Origin: Acidobacteriota bacterium
GTDB taxonomy: Bacteria > Acidobacteriota > UBA890 > WLXD01
Direction of reading: 5' to 3'
DNA: 64,000 bases
NCBI GenBank assembly: GCA_963666055.2
Contig: CAXWPH010000001.1
Coordinates: forward strand, 32,001-96,000
The notes under the pieces were generated by a model that searched no databases, was not told the origin of the DNA, and saw only the letters and a program-made list of their open reading frames with translations. Shown one piece after another: positions 38,811 through 48,626 of this stretch. Both the position numbers and the translations under genes were made by a program. Within the stretch, counting starts at the first letter, position 1. Every line of letters starts with the position of its first letter.

Positions 38811-40274
38811 CTACGGCAAGCAGTCCAGGTAGGTTTCGAGGTCCCATTCGGTGGTCTGAGCGAGGAACCGCTCCCACTCATCGGTCTTGTAGTGCATGAA
38901 GACGCGGTACATATCGCCGGGCAACGCTGACTTGACGACCTCGTCAGCGGCAAGCGTATCCAGGGCAGCACCGAGCGACAAGGGCAGCTTGATTACCTCC
39001 TTGCCCTCCTCGATGGCATCGTAGATGTTGCGTTCCTCGGGCGGGCCAGGGTCGGCCTTGGTGCGGATGCCGTCGTCAAACGCCGCCAGAATCCCGGAAG
39101 CCATCAGGTAGGGATTGACCATCGAGTCGACGGCCCGGTACTCGAAGCGGTCGGGCGAAGAAACGCGCAGCCCGCAGGTACGGTTCTGGAAGCCCCAGTC
39201 GGCGAAGATCGGAGCCCAGAACCCCGTCTCGCACAGGCGACGGTAGGAATTCACCGTCGAGCAGCCGATCGCCGTGAGCGCCGGCAGATGCTCTTTCAGC
39301 CCGCCCAGGCACTGCAGCCCAAGCTCCGACGGAATGCGCTGCCCGGCCTCCGGCAAGAAGACGTTCTCACCGCCCTTCCGGTAGGTGAAGTTCTCTTCCA
39401 TACCGGGTAACGGGTCGTGGCCGAGCGCCTTGACGGTGTTCTCGCCGCCGCGCCACAAGGAGACGTTGTGATGGCACCCTGATGCCGACACCCCCATGAA
39501 CGGCTTCGACATGAAGCAGGCGATCATGTTGTGCTGCTTGGCGACCTCGGCGCAGATCTGTCGATAGGTGGTCAGGCGGTCACAATTTCGGAGCGCGTCG
39601 TCGTAGGTGAAGTTGAGCTCGAGCTGTCCGGGAGCGTCCTCGTGATCGCCCTGGATGATGTCCAGACCCATGGCACGGCTGTACTCGACCACCTGCAGCA
39701 CCACCGGACGCAGCGTTTCGAACTGATCGATGTGGTAGCAGAACGGCCGCGTAACGCCGCCATCCGGCCGACCGTCGGCACCCTTCTTCAACCACATCAT
39801 CTCCGGCTCGGTACCCGCGCGCATCTCGAGTCCATGATCGGCGGTGAATTGCTCCTGCGTGCGGCGCAGGTTGCCGCGACAGTCCGACGTCAGAAAGGCC
39901 CCCGGGTTCTCCGGCTCTTCGCGGTTGCGGAAGCAGGTGCAGAAGACGCGCCCGATACGCTTTTCCCAGGGCAATTGCACGAACGTCTCCACATCCGGGA
40001 TGCCGACGAGCTCGGATGATTCCGGTCCGTAGCCGATGTAGTTGCCGTGCCGATCGGTGAACAGGTTGGCGGTGGAGCCGTAGACGAGCTGAAAGCCGTC
40101 CTCGGCGAACTTCTCCCAGTGGTCCGCGGGAGCGCCCTTACCGACGATGCGGCCGGTTACCGAGACGAACTGGTAGTAGATGTACTCGATCCCGAGCACG
40201 TCAATCTGCCTACGAACTTCCTTGACCAGCTCGTCGCGGCCGTCGGCACGAACATAGGCTTCTAGATCGGTCAT
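38811..40274 (-). CDS. glutamine-synthetase-family gamma-glutamyl-amine ligase (probable GmaS, divergent type)
   Basis: GTEPEM, DHEDAPGQLELNF, FMSKPF..GCHHN, NSYRRL, QNRT, RFEYR; embedded between mgdD and mgsA. Confidence 0.8.
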   Translation of the reverse strand: MTDLEAYVRADGRDELVKEVRRQIDVLGIEYIYYQFVSVTGRIVGKGAPADHWEKFAEDGFQLVYGSTANLFTDRHGNYIGYGPESSELVGIPDVETFVQLPWEKRIGRVFCTCFRNREEPENPGAFLTSDCRGNLRRTQEQFTADHGLEMRAGTEPEMMWLKKGADGRPDGGVTRPFCYHIDQFETLRPVVLQVVEYSRAMGLDIIQGDHEDAPGQLELNFTYDDALRNCDRLTTYRQICAEVAKQHNMIACFMSKPFMGVSASGCHHNVSLWRGGENTVKALGHDPLPGMEENFTYRKGGENVFLPEAGQRIPSELGLQCLGGLKEHLPALTAIGCSTVNSYRRLCETGFWAPIFADWGFQNRTCGLRVSSPDRFEYRAVDSMVNPYLMASGILAAFDDGIRTKADPGPPEERNIYDAIEEGKEVIKLPLSLGAALDTLAADEVVKSALPGDMYRVFMHYKTDEWERFLAQTTEWDLETYLDCLP

Positions 40275-40987
40275 GTTCCCCTCTCAGTACTGTCTGCAGC
40301 GATCTTTGACAGCGCATCGTGCCCGATCGGCGTGATGCCGTACTCCTCGCCCGCCTCCAGAATCGTCTCCCACACATAGGCCGCACTCGACCGCGCTCCG
40401 ACCACCGTGAAGGCGGGAAGCTGGCCAATGTCACGGCGAACGACAAGCTGTGCCGTCTTCGCGAAGCTCGTGCGCTTGGCCACCCCGTCAGGAAACGCGG
40501 CGGGGCTGAAGTCCAGGCCGCACAGCTTGCTCATGAATTCCGCTACGCGCGGGCCGATTATACGGACGCTGGCCTGCCCGTGCGTCATCACCGTCACGGT
40601 GATCCGATGACCCGCCGATTGCGCCGCAGACTCGATCGCGCCGGCGGTCGATTCCTCATCCCCGGGGGCGGTGATGACCGAGAACAAATCGGCACGCAAA
40701 CGATAGCAGCGTCCGTTCCCGACGGTCGCGCTTTCGCCGATCGCCAGTGCCGGCAGCCCGTAGGCGGCGCGCAGCGTGGTTTCCGCATCGGCGCCCTCGA
40801 TCCTCAAGTTGCCATCCGCCGAGACGTCCGCGATCGCCAGCCGGTCGCGCGCCGCGGCCTGCTCCGACGCCGACTCGGTATAGGCATCTGCGATCAGCCA
40901 GCCGTCGCCGATTTCGACGAACCGCGCCCCGAGACCCTTGGTCACTCCGTACAAGGGTGTCAGCAGGGCCGGCTTCGTGGCGCTCAC
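40271..40987 (-). CDS. soxG: N-methylglutamate dehydrogenase/sarcosine oxidase gamma subunit
   Basis: GcvT-like fold; SKLCGLDF..FP..AKRTSFAK, RSSAAYVWETI; GTGA overlap with the soxA stop. Confidence 0.8.
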   Translation of the reverse strand: MSATKPALLTPLYGVTKGLGARFVEIGDGWLIADAYTESASEQAAARDRLAIADVSADGNLRIEGADAETTLRAAYGLPALAIGESATVGNGRCYRLRADLFSVITAPGDEESTAGAIESAAQSAGHRITVTVMTHGQASVRIIGPRVAEFMSKLCGLDFSPAAFPDGVAKRTSFAKTAQLVVRRDIGQLPAFTVVGARSSAAYVWETILEAGEEYGITPIGHDALSKIAADSTERGT

Positions 40988-43884
40988 GTGCGCAACCTCT
41001 TGCCCTCGGGATCGTAGAAGGCGCCGTGCCAAACGCGCGCCGACTGCGATCGGCCGTCGACGTGGATGGTGAACTCGGCACCCTCGCGATCACCGAGCTC
41101 CGCCGGCAGCCAGCACAACCCAATGATCTCTCCGAGGGTCGGGCTCAAGCGGCAGGAGGTGATCCAGCCGATTACCTCCCGCTTGCCGTTGGATGCAGCC
41201 ACGATTTGCATCCCTTCCTCGGGCTTGGCGCCGCCCGACGAGACCTTGAATCCGACCAGGCGCTGATGCGGCCCATGCTCTGCAACCCGACTCAGGTGTC
41301 GCATCCCGAGGAAATCAGACTTGTCCAGCTTCACCGCCCATTCCATGTTCGCCATGATCGGATCGGTGAGCCCGTCGGTGTCGTGGCCAACGATGCTATG
41401 GCCCTTCTCGAGCCGCAGGACACGCTGCGCCTCGACACCGAACGGCTTGATGCCGTGTGGCTGACCTGCGGCGATCAGCGCCTCCCAAAGATGCACGGTG
41501 TAGCCCGACGGGCAGTGGATCTCGTAGGACAGCTCGCCGGTAAAACCGATGCGCAGGAGCTGGCACGGCACTCCTGCCACCACACCGCTGCGAACCCCCA
41601 TGTAGGGGAACGCCTCGTTGGACAGGTCGACATCGGTGAGGTCGCCAAGAACCTCGCGCGCACGCGGACCGGCGAGGTTCATTGCCGCGAACGCCTCGGT
41701 CACGTTGGTCAGGTGAAGACCCTCGCCCCAGCCCGACTGGATCCACCACTGCATCCAGTCGTACATACCGGTCGCACCGGAGGAAGTGGTGCTCATGTAC
41801 CACTCCTGCTCGCCGACGCGGGCGCAGACACCATCGTCGAGCACGATGCCTTCGTCGTTGCACATCACACCGTAGCGCGCCTGGCCGACGCCCAACTTCC
41901 TCCACTTGTTGATGTAGACGCGTTGCAGCAAGTCCGGCACGCCGGGGCCGGTCAGGCGAAGCTTCCCGAGCGAGCTCACGTCGATCAGGCCCACCGCGTC
42001 GCGCACCGCTTTGACCTCGGCGATGGCGTCGCCGTAGTGCTCGGCGCGGATCCAACGTCCCGCCACCATCGGCTTGCCGCCGTTCGCCAGGTGCCAATCG
42101 TGCAGCGCGCCAAGCTGCACCGGCTCCATGTCCTGCCCGGCCAGCGTGCCGAGTGAAACCGGCGTCGCCGGCGGTCGCGAGGTCGTCGTGCCCGTGTCCG
42201 GGATCGAACGCTCCGTCGCCCGGGCGCACATCTGGATGGCGGCCATCGAGCACATCTTTCCCTGGCAGGGCCCCATCGAGACGGTGCTGTAACGCTTGAG
42301 CAGCTGCATGCTGTCGAACCCTTCGGCGATGGTCGCGAGGATGTCCTCCTCCGTGACGTCTTCGCACAGGCACACGAAGCGCTTCTTCGGCATGCCGCCC
42401 GGAACGCTCACGCGCGGCGAGCTGCGCCGGGGCTCGGAGCTCTTGAGCCGCTGCAGCTCAGCCGCCTGCGCGGCGTCCGGCGGCGGCCCGATGCCCAGCC
42501 GGTGAGCCGCCCCCCGGCCCGCAATCGCCCCCTCCAGGAGCTGTGTCGCCAGCTCGTGCGTCCCGGCGGCGCGGCCGACGACATGAAGATGCGACGGCAG
42601 CTCGGTCGGAAGCATCTCGGCGTGATCGGCGTCGTAGCGTGTCTTGCCGCCGGCAAGATGTGTGAGGTCGGTGTCCGGCGTCCAGCCGACGCTGACCACC
42701 AGCAGGTCGCAGTTGATCGTCTTGCAGGTTCCCTTGTCCACGCCATCGCCGCTGGCGGTCTGAGCGATGATGGCCGCAGTAACGCCCTTCCCCCCGACCG
42801 CCTTGACCACCGTGTGCTCGTAATGAACCGGAACTCCCTGTGCCACCAGAGCCTCGCCGTGCGGACTCGCGCACGCCTCGGCAGGGCGCTCATCGACGAT
42901 CGCAGCCACCTCCACCCCCGCGGCACGCAGATCAGAAGCGACGTCCCAGCCGTCGTCGTTGGCAGTGGCGACCAGCGCCCGCCGCCCGGCGGCCACACCG
43001 AACTGGTGCAGCAGTCGTCGAACGGCGCCGCCCAGCATCACCCCGGGCAAATCGTTGTTTTCGAACTGCAGCGGCCGCTCGAAGGCCCCGGTAGCCGCCA
43101 CCAGCGAACCCAGGCGGACCTTGAAGAGACGGTTACCTGACTTCGCTGCTAGCCAATCCTTCCGATACCACCCCAGCACCGAGGTATTGGTCAGCACCTC
43201 GACATTGTCCATGCCGGCGAGCCCGCTTCGCAGCCGCTCGACCGCAGCCGTCTCGGAGTCCGGTCGCGCGCCGGCAAATCTGAGATGGCCGCCGAGCTCA
43301 GCGTTCTCGTCGATCAGCAGCACGCGCGCACCGCTCTTGCCGGCCGCATGGGCCGCGCTGATCCCCGCCGGGCCGCCGCCGGCAACCACGATGTCGGCGT
43401 GCAGATAGCGCTTGTCGTACTTGCCGCGGGGTGTTTTCGGATCGACCACGCCAAGGCCGGCAGCATGGCGCAGCACATGCTCGTAGAAGGGCCACAGCCA
43501 CTTCGGCCGAATGAACGTCTTGTAGTAGAAACCGGCGGGCATGAAGCGCGACGCGAACCGCGACAGCGACAGAAGGTCGAACCGCAGCGACGGCCAGGCG
43601 TTCTGCGAGCGCACCTGAATGCCCTCTTCGACCGGCCGCATGCAGGCGCGGACGTTGGGCTCGTCGCCTATCTGAACCAGGCAGTTAGGACAGTGACCCG
43701 AGCAACAAAGCAGACCCCGAGGCCGGTGGTACTTGAACGACCGGCTGATCACCCGCACTCCCGACGCGGCCAGCGCCGAGCCGATCGTGTCGCCCTCGTG
43801 CGCCATCACCTTCCTGCCGTCGAACGTAAACGCGAGGCTCGACGATCGGTCGATCGAACTGCCGCCAGCCGGCAGGCGCTTCAC
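40984..43884 (-). CDS. soxA: N-methylglutamate dehydrogenase/sarcosine oxidase alpha subunit
   Basis: SRSFKYHRPRG, AGFYYKTF, GGGPAG, LKRYSTVSMGPCQGK, C-terminal GcvT domain. Confidence 0.9.
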   Translation of the reverse strand: MKRLPAGGSSIDRSSSLAFTFDGRKVMAHEGDTIGSALAASGVRVISRSFKYHRPRGLLCCSGHCPNCLVQIGDEPNVRACMRPVEEGIQVRSQNAWPSLRFDLLSLSRFASRFMPAGFYYKTFIRPKWLWPFYEHVLRHAAGLGVVDPKTPRGKYDKRYLHADIVVAGGGPAGISAAHAAGKSGARVLLIDENAELGGHLRFAGARPDSETAAVERLRSGLAGMDNVEVLTNTSVLGWYRKDWLAAKSGNRLFKVRLGSLVAATGAFERPLQFENNDLPGVMLGGAVRRLLHQFGVAAGRRALVATANDDGWDVASDLRAAGVEVAAIVDERPAEACASPHGEALVAQGVPVHYEHTVVKAVGGKGVTAAIIAQTASGDGVDKGTCKTINCDLLVVSVGWTPDTDLTHLAGGKTRYDADHAEMLPTELPSHLHVVGRAAGTHELATQLLEGAIAGRGAAHRLGIGPPPDAAQAAELQRLKSSEPRRSSPRVSVPGGMPKKRFVCLCEDVTEEDILATIAEGFDSMQLLKRYSTVSMGPCQGKMCSMAAIQMCARATERSIPDTGTTTSRPPATPVSLGTLAGQDMEPVQLGALHDWHLANGGKPMVAGRWIRAEHYGDAIAEVKAVRDAVGLIDVSSLGKLRLTGPGVPDLLQRVYINKWRKLGVGQARYGVMCNDEGIVLDDGVCARVGEQEWYMSTTSSGATGMYDWMQWWIQSGWGEGLHLTNVTEAFAAMNLAGPRAREVLGDLTDVDLSNEAFPYMGVRSGVVAGVPCQLLRIGFTGELSYEIHCPSGYTVHLWEALIAAGQPHGIKPFGVEAQRVLRLEKGHSIVGHDTDGLTDPIMANMEWAVKLDKSDFLGMRHLSRVAEHGPHQRLVGFKVSSGGAKPEEGMQIVAASNGKREVIGWITSCRLSPTLGEIIGLCWLPAELGDREGAEFTIHVDGRSQSARVWHGAFYDPEGKRLRT

Positions 43885-44180
43885 GGCTTCGCCCCTGTTT
43901 CAGAATCCGGACCCGCGTTGTCGTCCGGGCGCCACAGGTAGGTGCGCAATATCTCGCCCGTCTTGGTGTGCCGCTCGGCAAGGAACCACAGGCCGCAGCC
44001 GGTGCCGTGGTGCCACCACTCCTTCTGCACTCCCACCTTGTTGCTGCGCAGATGCAGGTAGTCGACCCACTCGGCTTCGCTGGCGCCGGCCGGATCGGCC
44101 GGCCGGGGATTGTACTCGTTGCCGAAGTGGAACTCGCTCACGTTCCTCGGGCCGCAATTGGGACAGGTCAGTAGCAGCAC
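43881..44180 (-). CDS. soxD: N-methylglutamate dehydrogenase/sarcosine oxidase delta subunit
   Basis: CPNCGPR..EF..EWWHHGTGC Zn site. Confidence 0.9.
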   Translation of the reverse strand: MLLLTCPNCGPRNVSEFHFGNEYNPRPADPAGASEAEWVDYLHLRSNKVGVQKEWWHHGTGCGLWFLAERHTKTGEILRTYLWRPDDNAGPDSETGAKP

Positions 44181-44226
44181 GGCGTCGTCCTGCTCCTATG
44201 CATCAGCGCTAGCCTCACTGCTCGCA

Positions 44227-45465
44227 TCAATGCCCAACCGAGGCGGCACCGCCCTCTCCGACGAGATCGTACTCGGCGAATCGAGACAGCCGGAATGGGC
44301 GAATCAGGTCGGGAGTACGCCCGGTAGCAAGCAACTCGGCCAGGGTCTTGCCGCAGATCGGCGACGCCTTGAAGCCATAGGTGCCCCAACCCAGATCGAT
44401 GTGGAACCCCTCCACCGGGGTCTTGCCCATGATCGGGCTGTAGTCGGGCGTCATGTCACAGAGACCGGCCCACTGTCGAAGGACACGCACCTTCGGCAGG
44501 CACGGGAACAGCGCCAGCAGATGCCCTGCCAGCGTCTCGAGGAAGTCGAGCGACGAGTTCATCGAATACGAGGCGTACGGGTCGACGCTGCCGCCGCACA
44601 CGAGCTCACCGCGATCCGACTGGCTGACGTAGGCGTGCAGGCTGCCGGAAACGATCACCACGTTGAGGAACGGCTTCAGTGGCTCGGTGACGAACGCCTG
44701 CAGCGGGCGCGTCGACATGGGGAGCTTCACGCCTGCCATGTCGGAGATGATCGCCCCCCAACCGGCGGTAGCGTTGAGCACGGTGTCGGTCTTGATCCGT
44801 CCCCGTGTGGTCTGGACGCCGATGACCTTGCCGTTCTGGATGTCTATTCCGGTGGCGGCGGTGTTCTGGTGGATATGCACGCCACGCGCGTCGGCCTGAT
44901 GGGCGTAGCCCCACACCACCGCGTCATGGCGAATGATGCCGCCGGGAGGGTGGTAGAGGGCCGCCAGAATCGGATATCGCGGCCGGTCGCTGAGGTCCAA
45001 ATCCGGGCACAGCCTGGCGATCTCCTCGGGGAAGATCAGCCTCGAATCGACGCCGACCAGCCGGTTGGTCTCGGCGCGTCGCCGCATCGTGATCACCGAG
45101 GAGTCGCTGTGTGCCAGCGTCAGGTGTCCGCGCTGCCCCAGCATGACGTTGAAGTCGAGGTCACGGGCCAAGTCTTCGTAGAGCTTGAGGCTGGCGTCGT
45201 AGAAACGCACCCCGTCCGGCGTCAGGTAGTTGCTACGTACGATGGCGGTATTGCGCCCGCTCCCACCCGAACCGATGTAGGTCTTTTCGACGACCGCGAC
45301 ATCAGTGATGCCGTGGTCTTTGGCGAGGTGGTAGGCGCACGCAAGCCCATGCGCACCACCCCCGATGATGACCGCCTCATAGCTGTCCCGCAGCGAGTGC
45401 TGGCGCCACATACGTGGTAGTCGCTGGCGACCGGCCAGGGCTTCGCGGAACAGCTTTAGTGACAT
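44227..45465 (-). CDS. soxB: N-methylglutamate dehydrogenase/sarcosine oxidase beta subunit
   Basis: IIGGGAHG, GGSGRNTAIVRSNY, RHDAVVWGYA, DMTPDYSPI, GWGTYGFK; ATG 45465 chosen as start. Confidence 0.9.
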   Translation of the reverse strand: MSLKLFREALAGRQRLPRMWRQHSLRDSYEAVIIGGGAHGLACAYHLAKDHGITDVAVVEKTYIGSGGSGRNTAIVRSNYLTPDGVRFYDASLKLYEDLARDLDFNVMLGQRGHLTLAHSDSSVITMRRRAETNRLVGVDSRLIFPEEIARLCPDLDLSDRPRYPILAALYHPPGGIIRHDAVVWGYAHQADARGVHIHQNTAATGIDIQNGKVIGVQTTRGRIKTDTVLNATAGWGAIISDMAGVKLPMSTRPLQAFVTEPLKPFLNVVIVSGSLHAYVSQSDRGELVCGGSVDPYASYSMNSSLDFLETLAGHLLALFPCLPKVRVLRQWAGLCDMTPDYSPIMGKTPVEGFHIDLGWGTYGFKASPICGKTLAELLATGRTPDLIRPFRLSRFAEYDLVGEGGAASVGH

Positions 45466-45703
45466 GCTAGACAACGGGGGGGGGTAGCGGGCTCGGGGAA
45501 GCGACTCTCGGGAGAACCCCGAGCGCTTCGTATCGCAGAGAATACCCGCTGCACTTTTGACCGGCAAGCGGGCAACTCGGGGCTTTCCGGACCTCTCGAC
45601 CAAATCTCGTGAGGCTGTTTCAGGGTCCTTGACAGGCCGACCGAGCCAACTGAACCTGCTCAGATGCCCCTCGAAATCTCCGTCTCCAAAGGATGCCCGT
45701 CAG

Positions 45704-48547
45704 ATGCGCTCTGAGGTTGTGGCCGTTGTCGCCGTTCTCGCTTCATCAACGTTGCTGCTGGGCGCTGGCTCTTCAGCCCTCGCTGCCCCGCAAGACACGC
45801 CGCCGGCGGCCGTCAAGAAGATCCTGCGCACCGACGACTATCAGCGTTGGCGACGTATTACAGAGCCGGCAATCTCGGATGATGGCGCCTGGGTAACGTA
45901 TGGGTATAGCAAGCCGAACGCCTTCAACCCCGAGGTGGTGCTGCATATAAGGTCGCTGCGCGACGACACCGAGTTCGAGCTGCTCGATGCCTCGGAGGCG
46001 CGGTTCTCCGATGACTCTCGGTGGGTCGCCTACTTCGTCGACCTGACCTTCGACGAGGCGCAGAAGCTCCGCCGTGAGGAGGCGCCGCGGCCGCGCACGG
46101 TGCAGCTGCTCAACCTCGCGTCCGGCGAGCGCTTTACCTGGGCCAACGCGGCGGCGTTCCAGTTCGCCGCCGGCGCCGACTTTCTCGCCGTCAAGAAGGC
46201 ACGAGCCGACCGTGACGCGGATCATGAGGGCTCCGACCTAGTTCTCCGAGACCTGGAGAGCGGAACCGAACAGCTCATCGGCAGCGTCAATGAGTTCGCC
46301 TTCGACCAGCAGCTCACCGGTGACGCTGAGCAGCTGCCGCCCGATCGCGCCGCCCGTTGGCTCGCGTATACCGTCGATGCGGCAGATCAGACCGGCAACG
46401 GTATCTATCTGATCGATCTCGACAGTCGGGCGCTACGGCCACTCGACAACGACGCCCGTACATATTCGAGACTCGCCTGGAGTACGGACGGGAGCGCCCT
46501 TGCCCTTCTCAAGGGCAGCAAGCCCGACGGCCAGGCCGAGCGCCTGAACATTCTCGTAACTGTTCGCCGCCTGGGCTCGTCAACGGGCGACGCCGACACA
46601 CCGATCACCACCCAGCTGGACCCCAGGTTCGACGATACGTTCCCCGATGGAATGGTCATCAGCGAACGGTCGCCGATCGCCTGGAGCGAAGACCTCAGCC
46701 GCGTCTTCTTCGGGCTCGACGAGCAACAGGCTGTAGTAGAGGAGCCAGAGGATCCGGATCGAGTTGCCAACGTCGACGTTTGGCATGTGCAGGACGAGCG
46801 TATCCAGTCGGTACAGATGATGCAGGCGGACCGCGATCGCAACTTCACATACCGCGCCGCCCTTGTCCTCGATGGCGAGCGTTTCGTGCGCCTCACCGAC
46901 GAGACGATGCGCCGTATGACGCTCAGCCGTGATGGGAGGTGGGGCGTGGGTGTCGACGACAAACCCTACATTTCGGATTGGCAGGAGCCGCAAGCCGATT
47001 ACTACCGCGTCGACACCAGCACCGGCGAGCGCACGCCGATGCTACAGGGGCAGAAGCTGACCCTCGGGCTCTCGCCCGACGGGCGACACTTCTTGTACTG
47101 GCGCGGCGCGCAGCTGTGGCTGTACGAGCTTGAATCCGGCGGCACCCGGAGCCTCACTGCAGACGCTCCGGTAAGCTTCGTCAACCGCGAGTACGACTAC
47201 CCCGGGACTACCCCGTCCTACGGCATCGCCGGCTGGACGAAGGACGGGCTAGCGCTAGTCCTCAACCACCGCTACGACCTCTGGTTGCAGCCGCTCGACG
47301 GCAGCCCGGCGACAAACCTCACTGGCGGTCGGGGAGACTCTCGGGAACTCCGTTTTCGTTATGTCCAAACCGACGCCGGGGAGCCCACCATCGACCTCAG
47401 CCACCCGATCCTGTTGTCGGCCTATGGCCAATGGACCAAGCAAGCCGGCTTCTACCGGCTCGCCAACGGCGAACTGGAAGAGCTCGTATTGGACGATCGA
47501 CGCTTCGGTCGACCGCTCAAGGCGCGGGACGCCGACGTGTACCTGACAACCCGCGAGACCTTCGAGGAGTTCCCCGACATCTACGCCAGCGATGACGGCT
47601 TCACCAGCCTGCGGCGTATCACCGACGCCAACCCGTGGCAGGCGGAATACCGCTGGGGCCGGCGCATCCTCTTCGACTACACCAACGACGACGGCGTGCG
47701 TCTTCAGGGCACGCTGGCCGTTCCCGACGACTACGCTGCAGGCGAGCGCCGCCCGATGCTGGTGAACTTCTACGAGAAGAACTCACAGAACCTCCACCGG
47801 CATATCGCCCCGAGATATGTCACCGGATTCGGCTCACCGCTGATCGAAGCGGTGAGCAAAGGCTACTTGGTAATGCAGGCCGACATCCACTTCCGTACCG
47901 GCAACACCCACGCCGACATGCTGGAGTGCGTCGAAGCCGCCACCCGCAAGGTAATCGAGATGGGTTATGCCGATCCCCGGAGCATCGGCTTGCATGGTCA
48001 CAGTTTCAGCGGCCAAGGCTCCGCCTACATTGCCGGGAACTCGACGATGTTCGCCGCCGTGGCGGCAGGCGCCGCAGCAACCAACTTGCTGGCCGATTTC
48101 AACCATATGTGGGGATGGACCCCGACGAACATGATCGGCACGGGCGCGAACGCTCATCGCTACGACTACTACGGACAAGGCCGGCTGGGTACCAACCCCT
48201 ACGACGACAGAGAGCTGTACTGGCGAGAATCCGCCACCAATCACGTGCGCACGATGGACACGCCGTTGTTACTCATGCACGGCACCGCCGACGGCGTCGT
48301 CGCGGTGATGGAGGCGGTGCAGCTGTACAACGGTCTGCGGTTCAACGACAAGAACATCATCCTTCTCGCCTATCCCGGCGAGGGACACGGCCTCAGCAAC
48401 CTCGCAAACCGCCGCGACCTGACGATCCGAATGCAGGAGTTCTTCGATCACCACCTGATGGATTCCCCGCCGCCGGACTGGGTAATCAAGGGGGTGCCTT
48501 TCCTGGAGAAGCAGTACGGCGCCTGGGATCGCGGCTCGGTTCCGTAA
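45704..48547 (+). CDS. secreted S9 family (prolyl oligopeptidase-like) peptidase
   Basis: Signal peptide, propeller repeats, GHSFSG nucleophile, HGTADG (Asp), GEGHG (His). Confidence 0.9.
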   Translation: MRSEVVAVVAVLASSTLLLGAGSSALAAPQDTPPAAVKKILRTDDYQRWRRITEPAISDDGAWVTYGYSKPNAFNPEVVLHIRSLRDDTEFELLDASEARFSDDSRWVAYFVDLTFDEAQKLRREEAPRPRTVQLLNLASGERFTWANAAAFQFAAGADFLAVKKARADRDADHEGSDLVLRDLESGTEQLIGSVNEFAFDQQLTGDAEQLPPDRAARWLAYTVDAADQTGNGIYLIDLDSRALRPLDNDARTYSRLAWSTDGSALALLKGSKPDGQAERLNILVTVRRLGSSTGDADTPITTQLDPRFDDTFPDGMVISERSPIAWSEDLSRVFFGLDEQQAVVEEPEDPDRVANVDVWHVQDERIQSVQMMQADRDRNFTYRAALVLDGERFVRLTDETMRRMTLSRDGRWGVGVDDKPYISDWQEPQADYYRVDTSTGERTPMLQGQKLTLGLSPDGRHFLYWRGAQLWLYELESGGTRSLTADAPVSFVNREYDYPGTTPSYGIAGWTKDGLALVLNHRYDLWLQPLDGSPATNLTGGRGDSRELRFRYVQTDAGEPTIDLSHPILLSAYGQWTKQAGFYRLANGELEELVLDDRRFGRPLKARDADVYLTTRETFEEFPDIYASDDGFTSLRRITDANPWQAEYRWGRRILFDYTNDDGVRLQGTLAVPDDYAAGERRPMLVNFYEKNSQNLHRHIAPRYVTGFGSPLIEAVSKGYLVMQADIHFRTGNTHADMLECVEAATRKVIEMGYADPRSIGLHGHSFSGQGSAYIAGNSTMFAAVAAGAAATNLLADFNHMWGWTPTNMIGTGANAHRYDYYGQGRLGTNPYDDRELYWRESATNHVRTMDTPLLLMHGTADGVVAVMEAVQLYNGLRFNDKNIILLAYPGEGHGLSNLANRRDLTIRMQEFFDHHLMDSPPPDWVIKGVPFLEKQYGAWDRGSVP

Positions 48548-48626
48548 AAGGCGACATCGAGCAACGCGTTTTCGGCGGCGGGGGGAGGGTGGATCCGCCG
48601 TCGCTCCCCATCCCCAGTCGACCGAA

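Noticed and set aside
45466-45660. Glycine or guanidine-I riboswitch upstream of soxB
   Set aside because: The consensus elements could not be matched by eye; kept only as a low-confidence structural observation.
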